Source of the DNA: Candidatus Bathyarchaeota archaeon
GTDB taxonomy: Archaea; Thermoproteota; Bathyarchaeia; Bathyarchaeales; Bathycorpusculaceae
Length of the DNA: 30,811 nucleotides
Direction: 5' to 3'
Assembly: GCA_963768425.1 (NCBI GenBank)
Contig: CAVYHV010000018.1
Coordinates: 1 to 30,811, forward strand
A model generated the notes under the pieces. That model saw only the letters and a list, made by a program, of their open reading frames with translations. It was not told where the DNA came from and did not search any database. Below are positions 7,887 to 16,994 of the stretch, one piece after another. Position 1 is the first letter of the stretch; each line of letters opens with the position of its first letter. Both the position numbers and the translations under genes were made by a program.

Positions 7887-10800
7887 ATGATGATGAAAAG
7901 AAAAAGATTTTTGCTTCTTATCTTTTTAGCTGTGGCGCTGGCGTTTGTCATGGTAGCGCGCACTATTCCAAGTGCGCATGCAATGACAGCAACTTTCACC
8001 GCTGAAGGCGCAAGCGGAGCAGGATTTGATATTTACGATAACACACTCCATGAAGGTTATAACAATCCATCTGGAACTGCGTCGATGGTTGTTAATCTTG
8101 GAGATTCACTAACAATAACTGCAACTAAACCTCCAAACACGTATTCTTTTAGCGAATGGTACTGGGCTGGAGATCCGTCCCCACCAGCATCTTACAGTAA
8201 CCCCTACACTTTTACTTTCACTGACATACCCAGTTCAACGATGGTTGCCGTTTTTAATGTTGCCATAACCGTCAACAGCGCTTACGGTGACGTCAATCCT
8301 AACGGAGTAGTTAACCAAGGCGGCAGTGATGCTCCTTATGTTTCATCACCTGTTTCATTAGCGTCGGGTGAACAGGCTGTTTGCACTGGGTATTCAACCA
8401 CCAGTTACGGCAGCGGTTACGGTACAAGCGTTAGCCTCTCCAATATTCAAACAGACCAAACCGTCACTTTCAACTGGCAAGTTCAATATTATTTAACTGT
8501 TTCATCAGGCTCCGTCGGTGATGGAACCTCTGGCTCAGGCTGGTATAATGCTGGCACATACGCTTACGCAAGTACCAACGACCAGACTATTTCAACTGGC
8601 TCAGGCGCCCAAGTTGTTTTCGCAAGTTGGAGCTACGACGGCGGAACAAATAACGGCTATGACCAAGTATTAATGACGAGTGCAATAACAGACACGGCAA
8701 CATGGACACAGCAATATTACTTAACGGTTACAGGCGGCGACGGCGCCGCTACTGGCCAAGGCTGGTACAATACCGGTTCAGATGCAACAGCCTCTTCTGA
8801 TTATGTTTGGAATGTGGTGTCTGGCCAATCCCGCAGCAGCCTAACCGAGTACAATCTGGACAGTGGCGCATGGAACGCCGTCACCCGAGCTGATTCAGGC
8901 TCGTTTACCACGCCTCAGATTCCCATGGATGCGCCGCACACCATAAGTTTTAACGGAGTTACTCAGTATTTTCTGTCCGTTACTGGCGGCAGCTCCATCT
9001 CTTATGGAACAGCAAGCCCAACAGGAGACAACTGGTATGATTCTGGATCCTCAACAACGGTGTCTTCCAGTGGCGTCTATGGACGGGCTGGCGGATCTGG
9101 TGCACGAGTGTCTGCATGGAATCTGGATGGCGGCTCAAACACTGCTGAAAGCACAACTGGAACCGCAACAACCTCGCCCATTTCAATGGGCACTTATCAT
9201 ACGGTGACTTTTAACTCGGTTACTCAGTACCAGGTAACTTTGGATTCCGGCGCCACAGCAGCCCTCAGCAGCATTACGTCGCCGACAGTTTCCGGAGACA
9301 ACTACTGGTATGACAGCGGCACAACCGTAACCATATCTTTAAATGGTGTCTGGGGCAGAAGCAGCGGATCCGGAACCAGATTATCAAATTATGCTCTTAA
9401 CGGCGGAAGCAACATACCAACGTACACAACTAGTGCCTTTAACGTTTTCAGCGGTCCCATCTCAAGCCACGAGTATGTCACGACCACAACGGTGACTCAG
9501 TATTTCTTAACCGTGACTGGGGGAAACGCGGTTTCTTATGGAACCGCATCAACGATTTCAGGCGATACCGGTTGGTACGATACTGGAACTTCAACAACAG
9601 TGTCTTCAAACTGGGTCTGGACCATCGTTGCAGGTCAATCTCGTGACGCCATCAACAACTACGCAATTAACAGCGTAAATCAGAATCCGACAAGGCAGTA
9701 CAGCGGAACCTTAACCACCGGATCCCTCTCAATGACAGCCGCTCAAACAGTAGCTTTCTCAGCAGTAGTTCAATATAATTTTTCGGTCACGTCAACATAT
9801 GGATCCCCAACGGGCGCTGGTTGGTATGACACTGGCAACTCCGTATCATCAACCGTAACTACGCCCGTTGCAGGTGCTGCAGGCGTGCAGTATGTTACTT
9901 CAGGTTATACGGGGACCGGATCCTTAACGTCAGGCGGCGTCCAGGGCACCAGCACCACAGGACTTTTCTCGATAACGGCGGCTTCAACATGTGTCTGGAA
10001 CTGGCTTACACAATACGAAATTACGCCAAGCTCTGACTCACACAGCACGATAACACCAAGTACAGCCCAATGGGTTAACTCTGGCGGCTCAGAATCCTTC
10101 ACGTATTCGCCGGGCAGCGGCTACACCATCAACTTAGTTCTGGTGAATGGCACTTCAGTGCCAATAACAGGAAGCTTCACATTCACTCATGTTTCAGCAC
10201 CGCAGACAATTGCGGTCTCAACAGCCTCAAACACCTTCACCATCACAGCCACCGCAGATGCACATTCCACTATTTCGCCGTCTGGAGCCTTCCCAATAGC
10301 TGCTGGCGGCAGCCAAGCATTCAGTTTCAGCCCCTCAACAGGCTACTATATCAGCGCTGTTACAGTGAACGGAACCTCAGAAAGCACAACGTCGCCCTAC
10401 ACATTCACCAATGTAGAAGCAAACTATGTAATTTCAGTATCCACAACCGCATACGCCACTTTGAACCTGCAAACCATAGATGAACAAGGCAACGTTCTTT
10501 CAGCCACAACCATCACTTTAAATGGTACTGCTTACCAAACCACAAATGGAGCACTTCAACTCACAAACTTGCTCACTGGAACAGATTACATGGGCTCGGT
10601 AACATGGCAAAACGTAGACGTTAACGCATCCTTCAACATAAAACTGCTAACCCAAAACACCGACCTTAACATAGTCTGCACCGCATATCCCTACCAATTC
10701 AATAATGTTCTCTACGAAGTAGCAACAAACAGACCAGTGACGTCTGAAACGTGGGACGGAACACACTTCACAATCTTCTTCGGCGCATCCTTAACCAGCA

Positions 10801-11678
10801 ACACTTTAGTTTTTGACGCGGCCCAAGTACCAACATATCTTTCAGGCCTCAGCTACAGTTTAGCTTCAGACTGGAACCCCAGCACAGACGTATTCACCTG
10901 CACTCTTAGCAACAGCACTTTCCAAGCAGCAATAAACTTTGACAATTTCGGAAGCGGCTTCTACCTGCAAGAAATAGACACACCAATATCAACCGTCACG
11001 TGGACCGGCCAAACCTTCACCATAAATCTTGAAACAAACGGAACAGGCAACCTAATTATACACTGCAGCACACGAGGCGTACCCACCACAGTAACAGGAA
11101 TGAGCGCAGTTTACGATTCAACCACCAATTTCCTCACAGGCACCTACACGGATAATGACCAAATAATCGTGGATTGGACACAAACCACAACCCCGCCAGG
11201 AGGCGGCGGAACAGGCGGCGGAACAACCAGCAACGTAGACGTAGCCGTTTCAGCAGCAAACTTTGGAGATGTCACGTTAGGAGAAAACCAAACAATCGAC
11301 GTGTCATTCACATTCACAGGCACCAGCCTAACCGTAACAGGCATACAGTTAACCGGAAACAACTCTCAATACTTCAAAGTTGACACGAAGTTCCCGCAAA
11401 CCTTCTTCGGCGGCTCAGGCACCATAACACTTGAGCTAGATCTCCCCTTAGACGCTACATTAGGAACGTTCACCAGCACCTTAACCCTTTCTGCAACAGA
11501 CGCCTTCGGCACAACACACACTGCCTCATCATCAGTAGCTTACACCGCGCAAAACCCAGGCCCAGGAACAACCATACAAATACCCAACAATTCAACAACA
11601 GAATTCGCAGTTGCCCTCGCAGTAATGATTGTTGTAATAGTTGGATCCTTAGCAGTGCTAACAAGAAGACGAACCTAA
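7887..11678 (+). CDS. Large cell-surface/adhesin-like glycoprotein with tandem beta-sandwich repeats and C-terminal TM anchor
   Basis: Signal peptide ending AHA; repeated QYYLTV...G.GWY..G modules; two InlB-B-repeat-like modules; many NxS/T sequons; TM + RRRT tail. Confidence 0.85.
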   Translation: MMMKRKRFLLLIFLAVALAFVMVARTIPSAHAMTATFTAEGASGAGFDIYDNTLHEGYNNPSGTASMVVNLGDSLTITATKPPNTYSFSEWYWAGDPSPPASYSNPYTFTFTDIPSSTMVAVFNVAITVNSAYGDVNPNGVVNQGGSDAPYVSSPVSLASGEQAVCTGYSTTSYGSGYGTSVSLSNIQTDQTVTFNWQVQYYLTVSSGSVGDGTSGSGWYNAGTYAYASTNDQTISTGSGAQVVFASWSYDGGTNNGYDQVLMTSAITDTATWTQQYYLTVTGGDGAATGQGWYNTGSDATASSDYVWNVVSGQSRSSLTEYNLDSGAWNAVTRADSGSFTTPQIPMDAPHTISFNGVTQYFLSVTGGSSISYGTASPTGDNWYDSGSSTTVSSSGVYGRAGGSGARVSAWNLDGGSNTAESTTGTATTSPISMGTYHTVTFNSVTQYQVTLDSGATAALSSITSPTVSGDNYWYDSGTTVTISLNGVWGRSSGSGTRLSNYALNGGSNIPTYTTSAFNVFSGPISSHEYVTTTTVTQYFLTVTGGNAVSYGTASTISGDTGWYDTGTSTTVSSNWVWTIVAGQSRDAINNYAINSVNQNPTRQYSGTLTTGSLSMTAAQTVAFSAVVQYNFSVTSTYGSPTGAGWYDTGNSVSSTVTTPVAGAAGVQYVTSGYTGTGSLTSGGVQGTSTTGLFSITAASTCVWNWLTQYEITPSSDSHSTITPSTAQWVNSGGSESFTYSPGSGYTINLVLVNGTSVPITGSFTFTHVSAPQTIAVSTASNTFTITATADAHSTISPSGAFPIAAGGSQAFSFSPSTGYYISAVTVNGTSESTTSPYTFTNVEANYVISVSTTAYATLNLQTIDEQGNVLSATTITLNGTAYQTTNGALQLTNLLTGTDYMGSVTWQNVDVNASFNIKLLTQNTDLNIVCTAYPYQFNNVLYEVATNRPVTSETWDGTHFTIFFGASLTSNTLVFDAAQVPTYLSGLSYSLASDWNPSTDVFTCTLSNSTFQAAINFDNFGSGFYLQEIDTPISTVTWTGQTFTINLETNGTGNLIIHCSTRGVPTTVTGMSAVYDSTTNFLTGTYTDNDQIIVDWTQTTTPPGGGGTGGGTTSNVDVAVSAANFGDVTLGENQTIDVSFTFTGTSLTVTGIQLTGNNSQYFKVDTKFPQTFFGGSGTITLELDLPLDATLGTFTSTLTLSATDAFGTTHTASSSVAYTAQNPGPGTTIQIPNNSTTEFAVALAVMIVVIVGSLAVLTRRRT

Positions 11679-11705
11679 TCACCCTTTTTTTCTTATGGTG
11701 GCAAA

Positions 11706-12596
11706 ATGAAGAAGAAAATAGTTGCCCTTGGTCTTCTTCTTATTCTCGTAGTCGCAGCTTTTTTCATTGTTGACGAAAGAAACACTATCTTGCCTGGCAA
11801 TTTTTCCTTTGTGAAGGCGCAATCTGTTGATATGGGCGTCTATTCAAATGCTCAGGCTTCATCGGTACTCAGTGACATAAATTGGGGTAACGTAAGTTTA
11901 GGTGTTGCGACAACCACCATTTTTTATGTGAAAAATCTGGGGGATGACGCCTATGTAATTGGTCCTCCAGAAAGTTCCAGTCTTGTTTGTGATGACAATT
12001 CCGGTACGTTGCTTACAGGCGATTATTCTCCATGTTTCACTTTAACTCTGAACTGTTCTGGAACACAGTTAAATCCAGGTGAAGTTGTGGCAGCGCAGTT
12101 ATCATTGACTATCGGGTACGACATAAATCCAGACGTTACCTACTTCAGTTTTGACATCTCATTAACCATAAGCACTCTGCAGTTATCTGCTGGCTGGAAC
12201 CAAGTGAGTTTCTCTATAATCCCGGCAAACCCAGATTTCAGTAACATCCTTAGTGGAATCAGTGGATACCAAGCAGTCACATGGAATGGAACAAGTTATG
12301 TCACAGCCACATCAGTCGATGCAGGTCGAGCTTACTGGATACTTGTGTTATCAGCCCAAACCATAAACATGTTAGGAGCAGTCTCAAATACCTGTACCCT
12401 TGCTCTGAATCCTGGTTGGAACATGATCGGCGGCGTTTTCGGTCAATCTTTAAGCGCTTCTTCTGTGTTTACCAGCGGCGGATACTATCAACTGGACACC
12501 TGGACAGGAACAGGCTACCAAACCACAACCACCATCAATGACGGCCAAGGCTACTGGGTGTTTGTGTTAACTGCAACGGACATAACGTTGCAATAA
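11706..12596 (+). CDS. Exported protein with two LxxGWN...GxxYW repeats
   Basis: Signal/anchor MKKKIVALGLLLILVV; LSAGWNQVS/GRAYWI and LNPGWNMIG/GQGYWV. Confidence 0.75.
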   Translation: MKKKIVALGLLLILVVAAFFIVDERNTILPGNFSFVKAQSVDMGVYSNAQASSVLSDINWGNVSLGVATTTIFYVKNLGDDAYVIGPPESSSLVCDDNSGTLLTGDYSPCFTLTLNCSGTQLNPGEVVAAQLSLTIGYDINPDVTYFSFDISLTISTLQLSAGWNQVSFSIIPANPDFSNILSGISGYQAVTWNGTSYVTATSVDAGRAYWILVLSAQTINMLGAVSNTCTLALNPGWNMIGGVFGQSLSASSVFTSGGYYQLDTWTGTGYQTTTTINDGQGYWVFVLTATDITLQ

Positions 12597-12639
12597 AGAA
12601 CCGTTTTTCTTTTTTCTTTTTTTCTTTTAGTGAACACTC

Positions 12640-13422
12640 ATGCGTGTTAATGGCAGAAAGGTTACCATGGCGTTTTTGGCTGTTTTGGCAGCCACATTAT
12701 TACTAGCTTCCTTAAGTTTAGGTGCAGCTCAGTCAACGAACTGGACCTTGGCCGTAACTGCGGCAAACGGATCCTACACTTCAACCTGCACTTTCGGCGT
12801 TAATTCAGGTGCGTCAAATGTTAGTTCTGGTTTTGACCAGACATATGATCAGGTTGTGCCACCGCCCCCACCAACTGGAGTTTACAGTTACCTGTATTAC
12901 CCGGATAATTCTGCTTCTCCAGTGGACCTTCAAGACCTTTCTACAAGCCTCATCGCCCCTACTGACAACTGGACCTGGACGTACTGCTTAGAAAACATCG
13001 GCGCAACAGGCACAGTTGTAGTGAGTTGGACCAGCGGCAACATCGTCACAACTTCTATGACGCTTCAGCCTACTGGAGGAGCATCAGTTAACATGCTGAC
13101 AACCAGCCAATACAACTTCACAGCCACACAGGGACAAACTTACACCTTCACCATAACCGCCCAGAATAGTTCACCTACCCCCACGCCCACCACCTCACCG
13201 CCTGGAGGCGGATCCACTGGTGGAGGGATCCCAATGCCAACACAGCTCTATTCATCAGCTCCATCTTCACCTTCTCCCACATCCAGCCCTGGACTGCCTG
13301 GATTGCCCTCTTTCTCGTTTTTGCCTTCACTCAGCTATGCAACAGTAAAAATTATCATAGTCGTCGTTGCAGTAGTCGTTGTAATCGCGGTATTAGGTTT
13401 GCTCATAAATAAAAAAAAGTGA
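12640..13422 (+). CDS. Secreted surface protein with P/S/T/G linker and C-terminal TM anchor
   Basis: Signal peptide; GFDxxYDxxxPPPPP motif; TM + KKK tail. Confidence 0.8.
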   Translation: MRVNGRKVTMAFLAVLAATLLLASLSLGAAQSTNWTLAVTAANGSYTSTCTFGVNSGASNVSSGFDQTYDQVVPPPPPTGVYSYLYYPDNSASPVDLQDLSTSLIAPTDNWTWTYCLENIGATGTVVVSWTSGNIVTTSMTLQPTGGASVNMLTTSQYNFTATQGQTYTFTITAQNSSPTPTPTTSPPGGGSTGGGIPMPTQLYSSAPSSPSPTSSPGLPGLPSFSFLPSLSYATVKIIIVVVAVVVVIAVLGLLINKKK

Positions 13423-13428
13423 AGAACA

Positions 13429-14378
13429 CGGAAACATCGGAAACATTGATTTTTCTATTTTTCTATTGGTGCGTATATTGCAGAAGAAACTGTTCGCTTT
13501 AATCCTCCTAGTCTGTTTGATAGCTTCTCCTCTCCTAATTAAACTTCCAGCGGTAAGAGCACAATCCACAGAAACTTTCGGTAATACCTCATCCTCTGGC
13601 TTAAATTACGATGCTTTGTGGTTTGCTCCAACCTCTCCGTTAATGTTGAATAATTTCACTACGCCAAGCGACGTTGATACGATCACAACTGTTAGTTGTT
13701 ATATGGGTGGTTACACTGCTCCAATAGATGCGTGTGCCGTAATTTACTCTAACAACCCTTCAACCAACAAGCCAGACGCAGTGTTAGCTCAGAGTGGAGA
13801 CACTTACGTGAACGATACAGGCTTAACATGGATTGACTTTAACACGTTCTATTTGCCTGTTTCTCCAGACACTACTTACTGGTTCGGAGTGTTTGGTAGT
13901 GGAGATTTCAACATAGTCTGCGCCAACTCCAACAGCTGGAACACTCAGCTTGATTATCCCGGTAACACACTGTCTTATAACACACCGTTGAGTCAACAAT
14001 CTGTAACGAGCTGGTGGTACTCAACTTTAGCGATGGCTATTTACGTCAGTTATACATCCACATCGACACCAACCCCGACGGACACTCCCACGCCAACTGC
14101 TTCGCCAACTCCTACTCCAACGCCTACAGCTTCGGCCAACCCTACGCCGTCTCCATCACCTGATGGCGTACTTCCAGGTTACCCATTCACTCTGACGAGC
14201 CCGAGCCCACTTCCGACACAAACCAATCAGAGTTCTCCTTCGCCCACTCAATCCCATTTGAATAGCGGTATCCTGCTGTTAATTATCGTCCTCATTGCCG
14301 TCGCGGTTGCCATAACACTGGTTTTGTCTCGACCTCGGAAACATCGGAAACATTGATTTTTCTATTTTTCTATTGGTG
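13429..14378 (+). repeat. Perfect 43-bp direct repeat (13429-13471 and 14336-14378) flanking one gene
   Basis: CGGAAACATCGGAAACATTGATTTTTCTATTTTTCTATTGGTG in both places. Confidence 0.95.
13466..14356 (+). CDS. Secreted surface protein with (TP)n linker and C-terminal TM anchor
   Basis: Signal peptide ending VRA; TPTPT linker; TM + RPRKHRKH tail; exact start uncertain (13466/13469/13478). Confidence 0.8.
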   Translation: MVRILQKKLFALILLVCLIASPLLIKLPAVRAQSTETFGNTSSSGLNYDALWFAPTSPLMLNNFTTPSDVDTITTVSCYMGGYTAPIDACAVIYSNNPSTNKPDAVLAQSGDTYVNDTGLTWIDFNTFYLPVSPDTTYWFGVFGSGDFNIVCANSNSWNTQLDYPGNTLSYNTPLSQQSVTSWWYSTLAMAIYVSYTSTSTPTPTDTPTPTASPTPTPTPTASANPTPSPSPDGVLPGYPFTLTSPSPLPTQTNQSSPSPTQSHLNSGILLLIIVLIAVAVAITLVLSRPRKHRKH

Positions 14379-14466
14379 AAAATCATTTTCCATTCCTTTA
14401 ATCATTTTGTATCCTTCTATATGCAAATATTTTCGAATTTAAAATGAGCTAAACCTGCAAAGCACT

Positions 14467-14781
14467 TTAAGGCGATTTCAGAGATTTTCCCCACTTCTTA
14501 ATCGCGGCAAAAACAGGAAGAAAGGAATCCTTTGCAACCAAAGAATACTCTACTCGAAGAGGCACCTCTGGGTAAACTACTCGTTTGATGATATGGTATT
14601 TTTCAAGTTCTCGAAGGTGGGTAGTGACCGTTTTTGAGTGCACATCGCCTAATCTTTTCTGAAGCTCCGTGAACCGTAAGGTTTGTCTGCTGAGATGCCA
14701 TATAATTAGTAAGTTCCACCGACTGCCAAGAATCTGAAATAGATAATCCATATCGCATTTATTAGAATTAATGTCTTGCAA
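14467..14781 (-). CDS. HxlR-family winged-helix transcriptional regulator
   Basis: ILGSRWNLLII, LRFTELQ, LRELE, RVVYPEVPLRVEYSL; N-terminal Cys. Confidence 0.9.
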   Translation of the reverse strand: MQDINSNKCDMDYLFQILGSRWNLLIIWHLSRQTLRFTELQKRLGDVHSKTVTTHLRELEKYHIIKRVVYPEVPLRVEYSLVAKDSFLPVFAAIKKWGKSLKSP

Positions 14782-14797
14782 GTCACTTCTTTCTCCT

Positions 14798-14850
14798 TAG
14801 TAACTTTTTTGATACTATATCACAATATTGCGCCTTGTACATTTAAATGT
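14798..14850. promoter_or_regulatory. Divergent promoter: candidate HxlR operator and palindromic TATA
   Basis: TAGTAAC-N6-GATACTA (14798-14817, 6/7 inverted repeat) and ACATTTAAATGT (14839-14850). Confidence 0.5.
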
Positions 14851-14892
14851 TGTATAGAGTATTAGGTTAGCAGACAGGAAAATAAAGAAGGT

Positions 14893-15567
14893 TTGAAAAT
14901 GAAGGTTATCGCGATAAATGGAAGCCCACGTAAACAAGGAAACACAGCAATATTATTGAACAAATCCTTAGAAGGCGCCAAGTCTAAGGGCGCTGAAACG
15001 GAGGTGATCCATCTATATGATTTGGATTATAAAGGCTGTCGAAGCTGCTATGCATGCAAACTCAAAGGTGGAAAATCATACGGCAAATGCGCAATCCATG
15101 ATGGTTTGACGCCTGTTTTGGAGCGAATTAACAGCGCTGATGCATTGATTATGGGTTCACCGATTTATCTTGCTATGCTTAGCGGCGAGATGAAGTCATT
15201 TCTTGAGAGATTCATATATCCTCATGTTTCCTATGCAACCCCCTTTCCCAGCAGCTTGTTTCCTATGAATATGCCTATTGGGTTCATCTATACTATGGGC
15301 GTTAACGAGACAAATATGAGAGATCGCCAATACGATTGGCAAATCAAAGCTAACCAGGCAATTCTGGACTTTACTTTTGGCAAAACCGAGTTTCTTGTGG
15401 TTAACGATACTTACATGTTTGATGACTACTCCAAGTATGTGAATGTGTATGACGTGAACGCCAAAGAAAAACGACGGCGTGAAGTTTTTCCTTTAGACTG
15501 TCAGAAAGCCTTCGATATGGGTGTAAGGTTGGCCACAAAACGTGAACGAATCAATCGTCAAAGTTGA
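14893..15567 (+). CDS. Iron-sulfur flavoprotein / NADPH-dependent FMN reductase (flavodoxin fold)
   Basis: NGSPRKQGNT, CxxCxxC...C, GSPIY, MKSFLER motifs. Confidence 0.9.
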   Translation: MKMKVIAINGSPRKQGNTAILLNKSLEGAKSKGAETEVIHLYDLDYKGCRSCYACKLKGGKSYGKCAIHDGLTPVLERINSADALIMGSPIYLAMLSGEMKSFLERFIYPHVSYATPFPSSLFPMNMPIGFIYTMGVNETNMRDRQYDWQIKANQAILDFTFGKTEFLVVNDTYMFDDYSKYVNVYDVNAKEKRRREVFPLDCQKAFDMGVRLATKRERINRQS

Positions 15568-15903
15568 TATTCCTTCATCCGTTTTACAATCTGTCTCGAC
15601 GGGTTTTGCTTTGGAGAGTGCCAGCCTCTTTTCTGTCTCGGGGCGCAAAATGGGGTCTGCTGGGTTTGTGGTGGGTTATAGTTTGGTCAAGGAAAAGACT
15701 GCAGTCCGCGCTTGGACCTTACCGAAATTTACGAAAGCAATCGTCAGTCTAATGATTTATGGATTCTTTTAAGTAATTCTTGGTCCTCTAACTATTAGAG
15801 GAACACATTTGCATCCAGCCAGCGAATATCTGCAAAATATAAAGAAAACAGAAAAAGAAACATAGCACTCCCCTTTTTAGAAAAACTTCAATCGAAGAAA
15901 CCA

Positions 15904-16613
15904 ATGGAGAGAAAAAACATGAAAAAAGACACCAAAATAATGGTCACCAAAGATGGCCCCTATCTTGTAAGTGGCGGTTTGCCCATTGGCAAACAGATAA
16001 TTGGGATAGGAAAAGAAGGCGAGCCTGAGAGTTGGATCCAAGGCAAAAACGTACCCTCCAATCAACCCTGTGCACTATGTCGTTGCGGAGAATCAAAAAA
16101 CAAGCCCTTCTGCGACGGTACACACGCAAAAGTCGGCTTCAAAGGAGCGGAAACCGCAAGCAAAAAACCACATGACAAACAGGCTAAAGTCATGGATGGA
16201 CCGACTCTGAAGCTGGAAGATGCTCCTGCGATGTGCGCGGCTGCTAGATTTTGCCATCGAGGTGGAGGAACTTGGGAGCTAACTCATCACTCTGACGATC
16301 CAAAAGCCCGAGAGTTAGCCATCGAAGAAGCTTGCCAGTGCCCTTCAGGCAGACTCGTTGAATCTGACAAAAAAACTGGGAAAGTTTTCGAAAAAGAGTT
16401 TAAACAATCAATAAGCCTTGTAGAGGATCCACAAAACAAAGTGAGCGGTCCAATTGCACTCAGAGGCGGGATACCTGTGGAATCTTCTGACGGAACTACG
16501 AAGTTCGCAATCGCCAAACCCTATGCCGGTGCGGCAAATCGCAAAATAAGCCCTTCTGTGACGGCTCCCACATAGATGAAGGATTCAACGACGGCGACGA
16601 CTCCTTAAAATGA
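15904..16613 (+). pseudogene. CDGSH iron-sulfur domain protein (CDGSH - divergent Fe-S - CDGSH), frameshifted at ~16496
   Basis: LCRCGESKNKPFCDGTH, CAAARFC, CPSGRL; the second [17 protein letters not shown] lies in another frame ending at TGA 16611-16613. Confidence 0.85.
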
Positions 16614-16655
16614 ACGAATAAGGCAACGTCTAAAAGAATGAGAGGCTTGAGGTTC

Positions 16656-16994
16656 TTACTGTTTCTCAGTAAGGTCCTTAAGCTGTTTTTTGTTTAAGCC
16701 AACTCCTGGCTCTGCGTCCAGGCGCTTTTGCACTTTTCCTTTCTTGAACATTATCACTGTCGGGTAGTATTCTATAGCGTATTCTTCGCAGACATCAGGC
16801 TCTTCATCGACAACTACGCTCAGGCACTCTTTTGGATTGCTCTTTGAATATTCTTCAAAGACTGGTAAGAACCGCTGGGAAAACGGGCACCAAGTCGCGT
16901 AGAAAAGAACGAATGCTTTGTCTTTGTTTTTTATGTTTTCGTCAAAAGTGCTTTTTCTTTGGGTTTTCGATTCGTTTCTTTTAGCTTTGCTCAT
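16656..16994 (-). CDS. Thioredoxin-fold protein with CxxS motif
   Basis: FYATWCPFS; YYPT cis-Pro loop; FKKG. Confidence 0.88.
   Translation of the reverse strand: MSKAKRNESKTQRKSTFDENIKNKDKAFVLFYATWCPFSQRFLPVFEEYSKSNPKECLSVVVDEEPDVCEEYAIEYYPTVIMFKKGKVQKRLDAEPGVGLNKKQLKDLTEKQ

Noticed and set aside
2042-12633. Polypyrimidine tract + AG resembling spliceosomal 3' splice sites
   Set aside because: Archaeal context, uninterrupted ORFs and no 5' splice sites; terminator + RBS explains the pattern
13420-13449. Programmed or selenocysteine read-through of TGA into RTRKHRKH
   Set aside because: The protein already has a complete basic tail and no SECIS-like structure is seen; better explained by the repeat
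13429-14378. CRISPR array
   Set aside because: Only two copies, 907 bp apart; no regularly spaced repeats or cas genes anywhere in the window
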